Of a DNA stretch of 64,000 nt, positions 23,811 to 36,534 are shown piece by piece (within the stretch, counting starts at the first letter, position 1; each line of letters opens with the position of its first letter). The stretch is from Saccostrea cucullata (taxonomy: Eukaryota), in the NCBI RefSeq assembly GCF_032062105.1, contig NW_026927584.1, positions 124,001 to 188,000 of the forward strand, in the 5' to 3' direction. A program made the translations under genes and the position numbers. The notes under the pieces were generated by a model. The model had not been told where the DNA came from. It did not search any database and saw only the letters and a program-made list of their open reading frames with translations.

Positions 23811-26800
23811 TCACTTTTGCGTCGCTATAACAGATCCTTTTGACAAAACCTTTCCACCTTCTTGCATTAAAACTGCTGGCCATACGCACATGGATACGTA
23901 CTTCCCACTCTCTGAATAAAACTCGTATTTGTCCCTTTCGACTCTGTCTCCCTCTGACGGCCAAACAAGAGCCATGGGCGGATCTTGGACGCACATTAAC
24001 CATAATATTTCTATACATTTGTCTATATAGTCATTGAGCACACTAGGTAGTTTTGTATGGTCCCAACGAAAATCCTTCTCTATTGTTGTTTCTTTGAATT
24101 TCTACAAATGTAAATTTATAACATGATTACACAGGCACCTGACGTTACTTATTTTTCTTTAATAAAAAATATACACATACCTAATAATAAACAGTTTATC
24201 ATTAGGTATATGTATATATTTTTTTTATTAAAGAAAAATAAGTACCACCAGGTGCCTGTGCATAACTAGTATTGAAAATAAAATCATAAAGACGTTGTTT
24301 AATTCTTTCCCGAAAAAGCAAATACTTGGATATGTGGTTACACAAACTACCTCGAAGATGTTTCAGATTACTTATAAGAAGTCATACGTTTCGTGTAGAT
24401 TTTATTCGAGTTATCTACCTTGCAGAGCTGCGGTACAGACATTGTGGCCACCTCCTGACGTAACCCTTTGACGTATTTCATCCCTTTTGATGACAACATT
24501 AGTCTCTGCTCCCGTGTGGGGGAACTTTCCTGAGAAGAATAATTCATTTCATAGTATTTTATCATTGTCAAATCTGTTATCATATGTGATATCATACAAC
24601 AAACAGCTGAATTATTAAAGTGACAATTTTGGAACTGTCAGATGTTGGAAAAAGATTTTCAATTATAAAGGACCTTTGGCAATAATCTTAAATTTTTATA
24701 TCGAAGTAAAAATTCTGATTGGGAAAATGAATACTTTTGAAGAGTATACAATTTGTTTCTCACAAGGTAAGGAAGTTTGATTGGTTGTAGTAAAGGCACT
24801 GCAGATGTCGTGGTTAAATCCAAAAGCTGTCCGTAGGCGGCAGTTTGGCAGAATGGATATGCATACTAAAAAAAGAGCAAATATCAAAATTCACCGAAAG
24901 AGTTGCAATTGTTACCCTCTCGATTGGATCACAAAATATTTATACATTCAGAAATTGGAAATAAGAGCGCGTCAGAGATACATTTCCGGACAACAATTAA
25001 TACTAGTATATTAAATGGTATTCGAAAAAGGATCGCCAACGTGCTCTTATTTCCAATTTCTGAATTTATCGTTGCACCTAAAATGCATCTGATGACATGG
25101 TTACATAAACATGTACAGATTTATCACAATACTTTTGAATAAAATTGGAGATAACTAACAGTAATCGAGCTCAAAGTCCGTTAAAACAATACAATTTAGG
25201 AACAGAGCAAACATGAACCTCTGAAGCTATCAGAGGTAGGATCAGGTGCCATGGAGTAGTGAGTATCCTCGGTCGACCGGTCAAGTCTGTCTTGTGCTCC
25301 TTGTTATAATCAGGCATGCGAAAAAAAATATATAGACAATACAGTGTGTAAATAATGGCTAAATAATAAAACTAAGTTTGAAAAACGTAAAGTCAGCATT
25401 CGACTTAAAAAGAAGTCAGAAGATAGACTGTACATATTTGCTGATAATGCCATTGTATCGACCATAGAACTTGCAAATTGTTGCCTATGACTGGGACTAA
25501 TGATGTTCATTTACGAGTATCATCAACTTGTTTGTCAAAAGTCTCGTTTTAGAAACTGGATCTAACTCAATGTTTCAAGATAAAGATGAAAGATGTATAC
25601 CTTAGAGATATTCATTATTCCTCAACACAGAACAACTTCTGATTAATACCGTATTCGTGTCCTGCTTTCCTGTATTCTAGATCTCTATACACTGTACCTA
25701 CATGTATAACGTGCATGCTATTTACCCGTACTATCCTCATGAGGTTATACATGATTTCTGTGTCTTTGCCTTGATTCCATGTACTCATCTCATGAAATGC
25801 TCTTGCGTATTCCTTGTCTCGGAAGTCTCTGAATCGTTTGGTGATTTTGAGGGCTTTACTGAGTGCAGTATCATCCTCCTCTATCCCGCCTCCCAGTCTA
25901 AAAATAGTCAAATAACATGTGAATTCACTGAACTTTAAAGAAAAGCATTTTAGGTAAAATTAAAAAATGCAGCCTGGGTAAAACTTCTTTAATTTTTAAT
26001 ATAGCACAAATAATACAGCAAAAATTCAAAAGAATTCAAGTGTAAGAAATATATTTTTAGATATTGGGCACTCTACTTTCAACAATTGTCTACTGTGTTA
26101 CATAATATTATTAAAGCATTTTATCTTAAAATACTCCTGGCACTGTGGAAAACTCGCTCTTCTTGTAATTAAGGTCAGACGACACGTTCCTAAAAATATA
26201 TAATTTTTCCGAAGAATTTGTCATTGAAGAAAAGGGACTTAAACAAGATTCCTCACAAAGAAGTAGGGTACCTTACCAGGCATATGGACAAGATACCACT
26301 GGAAAATATTTCTTATATAACCCTTTTGGGTAATCTTCTGAATGGCCTATATCATCATTTTTGGTGTACTTATACTTAAAAACAGTTTGAAAACAATGTA
26401 GAAATCAGAAAAGAATGACGAATATGAATATTTTTTTTTATATAATACCAAGAGATACAAAACATATAAGTATTTGAGATATGTGTCATCTGACCTTAAG
26501 AGGGCAATGGGTAGTGGTGATGGCCATTTTCGGACTATTTAAACCTCATGGAAATTAGGAGCTTTGTATAATCTGATAGTAATATTGCATATTACAGTTG
26601 TATTTTCAAAAAAAAATATTTATTGCCAAAATATGGTATTCAAAATACTTAGATGGATCATTTTGGCGATTTTTGACCACCCTTTTAACCTCTTTATTGA
26701 ATCCTTGAGTGGAGTAATTGTCCTTCTCTTGTGTTTCCAGAAACCCCGTTTTCAATAACAAGCCTGGGATAAAGTATTTTAAAGGTGGAACTGATCATAT

Positions 26801-29208
26801 AATTTAGAACCTTCTCCTTTGCATACCTCTTAGTGAGCTGGTCTATCTTAGTCTGTTGGAACTCCACTGTTCTGAGAACATCTTCGTAGTCGCTGATAGA
26901 GGACCCCGTTACAGAGTGTCTGTGGGTCTCCCCACGGGAGGTTTTCTTGCCGTGCTTCACTCGGGGAGAAACCTCCATGATGGTCATTCTTTTTGGTAGG
27001 TACTTTTGCGGCAATTCCTAATGCAATAATAAGCACATTTAATATCATTTCCATACTTGCAAAGAGAACAATGAACAAAAGAATCAATCAATATCTTCGT
27101 GATAAACAAGTTTTTAAAAAGGACTAAATTGCCTGCTATGTAAAATATAAGGATTTATCAATTTTTTTTCATTATCTTTGCTTTTATTGCTACATTCTAA
27201 ATAATTAAAAGGTGTATAAAAAAGGGGTATTTCGAAGACAAGTCTTGGTCCACAATGAGTGTGTGATTGGGGATGGCATGCATCACCTTAAGATGTGGTT
27301 ACCTACTGATTAAACGAATACAGTAGCCTAACCATACTAGAAGCAAATATGATCACAGAACCAATATATAGTTCAGACACGAGAACAAGTTTGCACTAAC
27401 CACTTTATTCTGCATGTTTAGTAGCATTTTCTCGGATCGTTTAAGTGAATTGTACTCGTATAAGGCTGTTCCGGACGTGTATTTATTGACGCTAGGCTCC
27501 CGGCAGGCGACCATCAGCACTTCCCTCAGTCTGCTCTTTGCACTGTTCTCTGGACCGTGACGAGGACTTTTCTGAGCTTCCATGATGCCAGAAATCAATA
27601 CATCCTGGTACTAAGAAAATGAAGAAGGTACATGTACATCAAAGACAGTTGGGAGTGCAATTTTTAAAACAGTTAACGTTTAATTAAAGCAATTATCCAA
27701 ATTTTCTCAACTTTTAGAACTTTCGTGGTTTTAAAACTTGCGTTAACTAATACACTTACATGTGTTAAAAATAAAGGTTATATGACACAAACAATTTTGA
27801 CTGCACTTTAAATTTTACAGAGATTGCAGCTGTCAATAGATATCATTCTTACAGTGACAAGGTTTCTACATGTAGTTGTATTATATTGAGTAAGTTCACC
27901 GAGAACACCAAACTTACAACGAAGCTTATCAATGTCTTGCGATAACTATTTTTTTTCTATAATTGAATTTTCCCTCTATGCAAGTATCTGTGAAAGAAGT
28001 TTGGATGGAAGGTGTGCATGCTTTCAAGTATAACATTTATTTTTAGTTGAAAATTTAAAAAATATATATATATATCTTAAAACAATCTTGGTTTTACGAG
28101 TTACCTTTGAACACTTAGAAAGATAATAGCCATTAAACTTCAAGTTCCACCGCATTTACAACATGTTGACTTCAAACGACTGCCGATATATTAATGTATC
28201 ATTAACTTATTTGTCAATAGCATATATTCAAAATATTGTTCATCTGCTCTTTTGTTTGGAGAGACATAAAACTCACATGTAGGCGAAAATGGCGTATTGC
28301 TACTCTAATAAGGGAATTTGACGACAGAAAAGTTGAAGTCATCACATTTATCAAATGTCTGGTTGTTATTTTGCCATCAATGATCTTCTCTAAAGAAACA
28401 TCTAAGTATGATTGTCAAACTCTGTGACTGTTGTATTTCGAGATCACAGGAATACATCATATCAACGCGTTCGGTGAATTGTTTGGTCAGTTTGGGTGTC
28501 CAGGGCGTGTTTAAGTTTTTAAGTAGTTTTAAATCGACCTGGTTAAAACACACAGAGAAGGATTCATTGATTTCGTCCTTTATATTCTAGTATATTTCTT
28601 GTGTAAATATTTCTGAGACTGATTCGAAACTTAATGCATATAGTAATCACGTACACAAACGTTTGAGAAAAAAATAATCTATAGCTGTCATGCGCTCATT
28701 TTCTCATGCTTTTTAAGAATCACTGATTTATCTTTTAAATTTATAATCTATAAAATTTTTACAATAAAATGATGACTGGAAAGATCTTGATCAACTTTTG
28801 CACAGGTTTTGTACAAGGGTGTTCGAAAACTAAATTGATGTCTGTAAAGTTAAACATCAGGACTCTCTCTCTCTATCTCTCAGAATCTGTAATGTTCCGC
28901 TCTTTGCCCCAGTCCACCCAAGACATATGGAACCTGTACTTTGACATGTATAGTTCCTCCTCAGAAAAGTATAAATGGATAAAAAAAACTTTAAATGTAC
29001 TCACCACGGGGGGATAACGTTCCTTAAGCAGCTGTTCAGCCTGTACCAAGCCGATATACTCTAGTTTAGCCGCTTCTAAATCCTCTGTTGACACGTATCC
29101 CTCCATCTCCTGTAGAGTTCTCTGAATGTTGCTGCGAGTGTGACTCTTCAAAGACGGTAAATTCAGATCGGGTTGGCGCTTTGACGCCATGGCAGCCGTT
29201 TTATGCAT
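23811..29208 (-). CDS. G4: divergent MIEAP/SPATA18-like domain protein, 7 exons, ~426 aa
   Basis: Exons 29005-29208 (alternative ATG 29190), 27401-27610, 26827-27017, 25726-25897, 24764-24865 (YAYPFCQ), 24419-24529 and 23811-24101 (CIEILWLMCVQDPPM..SGKYVSMCVWPAVLMQEGGKVLSKGSV). Total 1281 nt, in frame. Confidence 0.82.
24130..24260. mobile_element. 131-bp hairpin MITE in a G4 intron
   Basis: Ends 'cacaggcacctg' / 'caggtgcctgtg'; the element is nearly palindromic throughout. Confidence 0.65.
25180..25520 (+). repeat. Interspersed retroelement-derived repeat fragment (same family as 1430-1700)
   Basis: 'agaggtaggatcaggtgccatggagtagtgagtatcctcggtcgaccggtca' and the downstream 'tttgctga..ccattg.atc' are shared with 1430-1660. 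Confidence 0.5.
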
Positions 29209-30659
29209 CGTTCATAGGCCACTGAATTTCTGAAATTTTGTACGGCAATGGTCAGTTATTGATTCACTGTCGTTGAGCAACTTCTAACTTAACTGCTAAA
29301 ATTCTCTCTTATGTAAGACGATTAGAGTGGGCTTAAAGAGTTTTAATAAATATACAGAGAGAAATAGCGGAATCAATAGGAGAAATATTTACATTACTAA
29401 AACGTTACCTTTTTATCTGCACATTTGGCCAGCACGAAGAATTGAGAACATTTTAAGATAACGTCCATAGTCGCCAAAATTGAATTTAAAAATGTATGAT
29501 TTAAAATTCAGCATTTATTCATTACATAAACCACATTTGTCGTCCCAGCACATGTAGCACTGGACTTTTAAAAGTATGAATTCTTTGTGGAAATTGATTA
29601 AATTTATTGACGCATGCATAATGCACCATGCATAAAAATAACTGACCCTAGAAAAAAAAACGGTGTAAGAAATGAAAGTGGCTTACCAAAGGGTAGGATG
29701 ATCTGGATGTAATCCCTGGATTCAAATGGCGTGAGGATCAATATAGCATTGTAATCCAAACACTTAGATCAGATTGACATTCAATTCAGCATTGATTAAA
29801 AGTTAATGTACTGTGACGTAAATAGGCATATTTGAACGGAATCGTTTAAGAAATCAGCGAATCGTCCCTACCTGGGGGTCGACAGGTTGTGTTTTCTGAT
29901 TTTTTCACCTGATACACGATATCCTTAAAATTTAAAAGGAATAATATACAAGAACACAGGACCAAGTGGACGTTCAAAAATTAGAAGAGTTAAGCAAGTT
30001 TGATAAGATCTCCATAAATATTTGTTCGACTCTTTTGTTTAGTTTAAATGAACTCGTGTGAAGAAAAGAAACACTTCAACACTCTCTTACTGGAGGCGTG
30101 CTGTGTCAGTGTGTTTCAAAAGAAACCTCTTGGTAACGAACAACAAGGTTAAATTAGTTATTGATAAATCACACAAAAATCGATCTACCTCATAAATGGC
30201 AAAGGATACAAATGTGCTTTGAATGAGAAACAAACTCATTAGTTGCACTGGCGGAGGTGACAAGAGAACGCCTTTTTCATTAAATATTGGAAGCTACCAA
30301 ATATCGAATGTTTCTCATCTTGGTCACCATTCTATGGCTATATTTAACAGCTGATTAATTGTTTCTTGTAAAACATAACAGTACCATTAAAAAAGGTCTC
30401 CAAATAGCGTCTACAACCCTTGGTCTGATAATATCGAATCTGTCAATGTAATTATATAGCTGTCAAATGTAACATAGATGTCTCTGCATGGATATCAGCT
30501 AGGCAGTGTCTCACTCCAGGCGTACATACAGTCTTACCACATGCTTGGCTAATCAAATAAAGCTCTTGGAGTATATTAAAAGTAAATTGGTAGTTTAAAG
30601 AGTAAGAGCCACTAAGGGCCTTTTTTGGCCTTATGAATTTCTGGCCAAATATTAGAGAA

Positions 30660-31890
30660 TTTTTATACCCCCCGCTTGAAAATCGGGAGAGTATGAAGTG
30701 ATTGGGATGTCCGTCTGTCCGTTACGCTTGGAGGAACCCATCTCTTATCCGCAACTCCTCTTTACCACTTAAATGAAATTTAATGAGACTTTCACAGAAT
30801 ATTTGTTACATAGTTCCATTGTGCACCTCCTATTTAACTTTCTGATCCTACACATATATTTTGGCTTTCCTAGGGCAAAACATGGACACGACCATTCTTT
30901 CTATAATATTGAAGGATACCCATCTCTTATCTACAACTCCTTCTATACTACTCAATAGAATTTAAGGGGGCCGACTATAGTTTCCATTGCGCAATATTTC
31001 ACGCATCATAGTAAAATGAAGCGTATTTACTGTTTCAATGCAACTTTTTTCGCTCAATTATCAAAATTAAACAAAATTAAGAAATTATAGGTATAAAAAT
31101 GTAATTACAATTTGATATAACTGATTTTTTAACCGATTTTGCAATTGATAGGTAGGTTGACGTCATTGCAGTGTGTTTTTGACGTTATGATAATCTGTAG
31201 CTCTTAAAGAAAAGGGTAATAAAAATATTATTAAAGAAAAAGTAATAAACATACGCTCTTGAAATTTAAAACATAGAAATTTGAGAATATCTCCAATATT
31301 TTTATTGTGTTTTCATGTGAATCCATTGTGTACGTCATATTTTGTAATACTCTATAAAAATAGTAAAATTTGCTAATTTTTTGCATTTTGAGATGCCCCC
31401 TCTGGTAACAAGACGGTAGAATTTTGTGTTTCTTACATATATTGTATAATATAGTATTTCATCAAATATTGTAGTTTGAACAAAATGTCTATTGTAGTAT
31501 TTGTATAATTTGCTTTAAAGTGCTAAAAATTGGCATTTTCCTGTATAATCCTATAGTAAATGTACCTGTATTTTGAGACGGTCCCTCAAAAATACCTGGA
31601 CGGTAGATTTCCCCCAAACTTTGCGTGTAAACTGAAGTTAATGCAAGTTATATATGGTATAAAAATGAAGAGTTTCGCTATTGTAGTTTTCACACAATAA
31701 AACTATAGTCGGTCCCCTTAATGATATTTTCACAGATTTTTTTTATTACATAATGCCATTGTGCACCTCCTATTTTACTCTTTGTTCTGACACTTATTTC
31801 GGCTCTCCCAAAGCAAAACATGGACTTCGCCATTATAATGGAATTGGAGACGGGGGTATCATTAAGTGAGCTCATTGTTCACAGTACCTC
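30660..31890 (-). mobile_element. HINE-like element (reverse), interrupted by a Kolobok-like insertion; forward copies at ~32410-32660, ~32820-33030 and ~42155-42665
   Basis: Terminal hairpin 'tataccccccgcttgaaaatcgggagagtat', a gtccgtctgtcc tract, and internal 'ccattgtgcacctcctattt' repeats shared with the other copies. Confidence 0.6.
30966..31717. mobile_element. Kolobok-like non-autonomous DNA transposon
   Basis: TIRs 'gggggccgactatagttt' / 'aaactatagtcggtcccc', flanked by TTAA on both sides (30962-30965, 31718-31721). Purine-rich termini fit Kolobok rather than piggyBac. Confidence 0.7.
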
Positions 31891-33569
31891 GATATTTCAT
31901 CTTCTCATCCAAAATTTGTATTTTTATAATGATAGATCTGTTTGTGAAGATCAATTAACAATTTTTAATTTTTAAAATAAAGACCGTGCATATATTTTAA
32001 TTCGTTGCTGAAGGTAGTCAAATACGGCTAATCTCTGCAAAATTAAAAAAAACATTCCATTTTCACAACGCCAGTATTCTCAAAAGGAAATTTTGTTATA
32101 AGAAATAATAAGAGCACTAAGTTTCTACTTTAATTCAGAAACAATAAATTAAGCAGATGGTGATAGTCAATTTTTTGATTTATTTATACAATTTTTTTTT
32201 TCATAAAGTGAATGGGATTGGGCAGAAGGCAACACAATTTTTAGCCCTAACTAATATATGAGCATGATCATTTTATGCATCAGCCCTTTGGCTCAAAATC
32301 CACTTTGATGCAGAAATTGAAGACTAATTCACAAAAGATCTTCAAAGTCCGAGTGAAAAAATTACAATGACAAAAGATACTTACCAAGGTACATGAAATT
32401 ATTCAAAAACCAGAGGCACTGCGAGAACTGAGTTTACTCAATGATATCATTGCTCATTATACCTCTCCTATAATTATAATGGCATAGTCTGTTTTGCTCT
32501 GAGAGACCCAATAAGTGTTTGAACAAAAAGTAAAATAGGAGGTGCATATAATGGCATTACGTAATAAAGAATCTGAAAGTATCACTACCCTAAAGGCGTA
32601 ACAGACGGACGGACATCCCCATCACTATATACCCTTCCACTTTTCAAGCGTGGGTATAATAACTTTTACCTTTTAATACATGCATTTCTGTCATGACACC
32701 TAAAGCCAGATTTGAACGATACTTTTTGCGAATAAGCTGTTTAAAGAAGTCTTGAATATTGTTTTCGAAGAATTTTTTCTATTTGTAAAGCATGCAGGTA
32801 TAAATAGAATTTAAAAAATAACTAGAGGTACTATGAGCACTGAGGTCACCAATAAATACCCCGCCTACCATGTAATTATCATGACAAAGTTCATGTTTTG
32901 CTCTGGTGGACCCGAAATAAGTTTTAACTCAAAAAATTAAATAGAAGGTGCATATTGGCATTATCTTATAAGAACTTGTGAAAGTATCATTAAATTTCAT
33001 TCAGTGGGGGGGGGGGGGGGGGGTTACAGTGGATGGCAATCCCTAACAAGTTGTCGTTCGCTTCGCTACAAAATACTAAATGCCAAGATTCTTAACTACC
33101 TATTGCATAATAAATTATAAGTGTAAAACTGATATATTCTTGTTTAACAAGTTAAATAAAATTTCATTTATGAAAATTGTCAATAGTTTTTGTCAAAGTT
33201 TTTCAAAGTGTCAAAGTTTTCTGCGATAAATATCAAAAGTTTTTTTTCAAACAACTTGCTACATTAACAAATATATATAAATGTAAAGGTGTTAATCTTC
33301 TTGTGGACAATTTTAAACAATTTTTTTTAAAAAATCACGTTCCTCCGCTTACGTACTACTTTTTAGACGTTGACAGAGGTATAAGTGGAAGTATTTCAAA
33401 ATGTCATCAAGTTTTCAGAGACCAAAGTTTTTCAAAATAGTATCAAAATGTCAAATAGAAGGTGCACAAAGGAACAATGCAACAAAGATTATATGATATT
33501 TCATTCAGTGGTATAAGAGGTTTCATAAAAAAAAAGTTTTTCAGAAGTGTCACGGATAGATCATTTTTA

Positions 33570-36045
33570 ACTTGTCAAAATTTCTAAGTCCCCACTTTTC
33601 TTTTTTCAAAAAGTTCAAAACCTTAACATCAATGTACTTTTCTTACAATTTTGTCTTTCAAAATTTTGTCAAGGCCAAAAAAATTGTAAAAATGTGTAAT
33701 TACTAACCGTGACGTTTTTGTTAAAAAGCATAAAGTTTTAAAGTTTTCGGGTGTATTCTTCAAGTTTTTTTTTTTACATGTGTTTATCTTTAATTGATTG
33801 CGAAAAACAGAAAAAAGTTTGATTAAAATGCGGTGTATGTCAACACAACAATGTGAGAGTGAAGTTAAATGTCCCAAAGTGGTTTTAACAAAGTTTGAAA
33901 GTTTTTGATAAAGTTTTTGGAAACAAGTAAATAACTTAGTTTCCTCTCCTTATATAGTTTTTCAAAGAAAAAAAAATAATACAATCGATACATGAATAAA
34001 TAGATACAATATAATGTAATACAAATTTGGAGAATCTACATGTTTTCAATAAATTTTTTTAAGAGTTCTGTTTCCTTTCACAATATGACTTTATTTTATC
34101 AAAACCTTTTTTTCAGAAAAGTGTCAAATCCCTTTTCATTAGAAAGCTTTTCAAACAGTACAAAATCAAAGTTATAGAAAAATTTAGATAAAGTTTGTCA
34201 AAAGTGTACACATGTGAAAGAAATTGGTTTTGTGAATTAGTTTTTAAAAGTGTCAAAGTTTTTGTCAAATTTTTACTAAAAATATTAATTTTACAATCAT
34301 TTAAGTAGTTTTCTGCCTATGTAAGTTTAACACATGCTGTGTTACAAAGTTTTACAGGCTTATGACTGTCTATTTTTTTGAACTTGTGATAAGACATCAA
34401 TAAGGCACACCGTTTCGGGGAATAGGCAGTGAGGGGTCACCAATATTAGCTAATACGTAAGACCTGTATAAGGCATTCACTTGGTTATATAGAGAGAGGT
34501 TTTTCAGAAGTGTCAAGATGCAGCAGTTTTGGCAGGACCAGAGAAATTTTGCGGGAGTGTCGACCACAGTTAGTGGTTGTCCAATCAAGAAGAAACCCAT
34601 TGTATTTTGTATATATTTGATTATAATCGTTTGGTCAACAAAAATTTTAACAGGTTAAGTGTGAGTGTAACGTTTTACAAAGTTTCACCGCCAAACAAAG
34701 GTGTTGCACGTTACATTATTTGGTGGCAATTTTTTCAAAGTGTCTAAGAAAGTGTCAGAGACTATAGAGCGGATGGAGAAGTTTTTCAAAGTGAGAAGTT
34801 AGCAACGATGGTAGTAAATCAAAGTTGGATATCAAAAGTGTCAGGAGATGTTATAAGTACGGCGCACGGCCTAAAGTTAGATTTCCAGATGAAGGCAAAC
34901 CAACTACACACCAAATGCTGGGGTTAAACTATAGTTAACTAAACCACAGATTTTTTTGTTGCCAAGAGGGATAGGAGGAGTTGATGATAAGAGATAGGCA
35001 TCAGTATTATAGAAAGATTAATTGGCAGTGACTTCATGTTTTGCTGGTCAGAGGGAAGACTAACCAAACAGATATGTATCGTGTTCAAAAAATCAGAATT
35101 GGAAGTTAGGTCAGGCCATTAGAGATTTAGATGGTATACGCCCAAAGCTGGTGACAAATGGCAAAGAATAGATGCCTAGGGAGACGTCACAAATTGTCAG
35201 GCGTTGCAAAAAAATTGTATATAGATGTAAAAAAAAGAATTGTAAATAGTTAATCATATGTTAGTCTGTGTTGAAAGAAATTGGTTTTGTGATTTATCTA
35301 TAAAACAGAGCATGTTTTCCTAATTTCTTAAACACTAAAAAATATTAATTTTACAATCAAAGCCTATGTAGGAATGACTGCACTGAGGTAACACACTGTG
35401 TTGGAAATTTGACATTAGATACTTATTTTTTTGAACTTGTGATAAGACCTGAATAAGGCACATTGAGGAGCATGCACCAGCTAAATTAAACCTTTGATAA
35501 ATGATTAGATAATGTAAAAAGAAAGGATGCAATTGACACATCAAACACATGTGTTATGAAACCCATTGTTGTATATATTTGATTATAATCGTATTGGTCA
35601 ACAAAAAATTAACAGGTTGAAGGTGTAATTGTATTCACCACACAATTTCGGCCGCGTTGCACATTACACATGTAATAAGACATTATGTAACTTTTGTTAG
35701 CCAGGCACAGGCACTTTCAGTAAGCCCCCTTGTCATCCTGATCTCAACCCTTATTAACACGTATGGAAGAAGATACTGAATGAAATTCAGCAGCAGTAGG
35801 GATTTCACATGGAAAAACATTCAATAAAAGAATTTTTTCATGTGTAAACTCTTTGAGGAACGGTTGTCCTGTGAATGTAAATGGAGGATAATGCAGTATT
35901 TTTGTGAATTTTTAATTCTAGGGTGCCTTAACATTTCTGCATATTGTGTTAAAGTGCTTCAATAAAATAAAGTAAGTGAGAAAAAATTGTATTGCTATTT
36001 TTTATCCTGTATACTTATTAAATTATATTGTTAAAATAATTCAAA
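33570..36045 (+). mobile_element. Second, scrambled copy of the Tc1-like remnant at 380-1320
   Basis: 33570-33880 resembles 385-690, 34068-34110 resembles 688-722, and 35675-36045 resembles 900-1320. It has internal duplications and interspersed AAGTTTTTCAAAGTGTCA motifs. Confidence 0.5.
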
Positions 36046-36054
36046 ATAAAAGAG

Positions 36055-36057
<3 letters not shown>

Positions 36058-36107
<50 letters not shown>

Positions 36108-36122
36108 TGAAGAGAGAGAGAG
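36058..36122. repeat. (GA)n microsatellite
   Basis: Read directly. Confidence 0.95.
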
Positions 36123-36534
36123 TTAGAAACCCATCTTTACAAATCGAAGGTCCCAAATCAACACTTGTGGAGATTTCATTCGATATATACTTTATAGTTT
36201 GCTTCTTTCATTGAGGCGCATGGAACATCTAAATTAAATCTTTCATAAAGTATTAGATAATGTAAATAGAAAGGATGCAATTGACACATCTTATCATGGA
36301 ATGCGAGTTGAGTTGGGAATTGTAATTTTTTCCGAAAGACGTCGCTACAGCCAGTCCATGAACTACTGAATGAAATTGGTAATATGTTCTATTAACTAAT
36401 CAACATATATGGTGAATCAAGTTTTATATCTTGAAATTGAACAGAAGCGTATTTTTCAAATGATCTTCCACAAATTTAAGCAAACAGATGGTAACTCAAA
36501 AATGAGCACTTTCCCTTATATAGAACAGTTCATG

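Noticed and set aside
23785-24018. Alternative minus-strand frame overlapping the G4 last exon
   Set aside because: The 23811 frame carries the family motifs and matches the splice phase; this frame does not.
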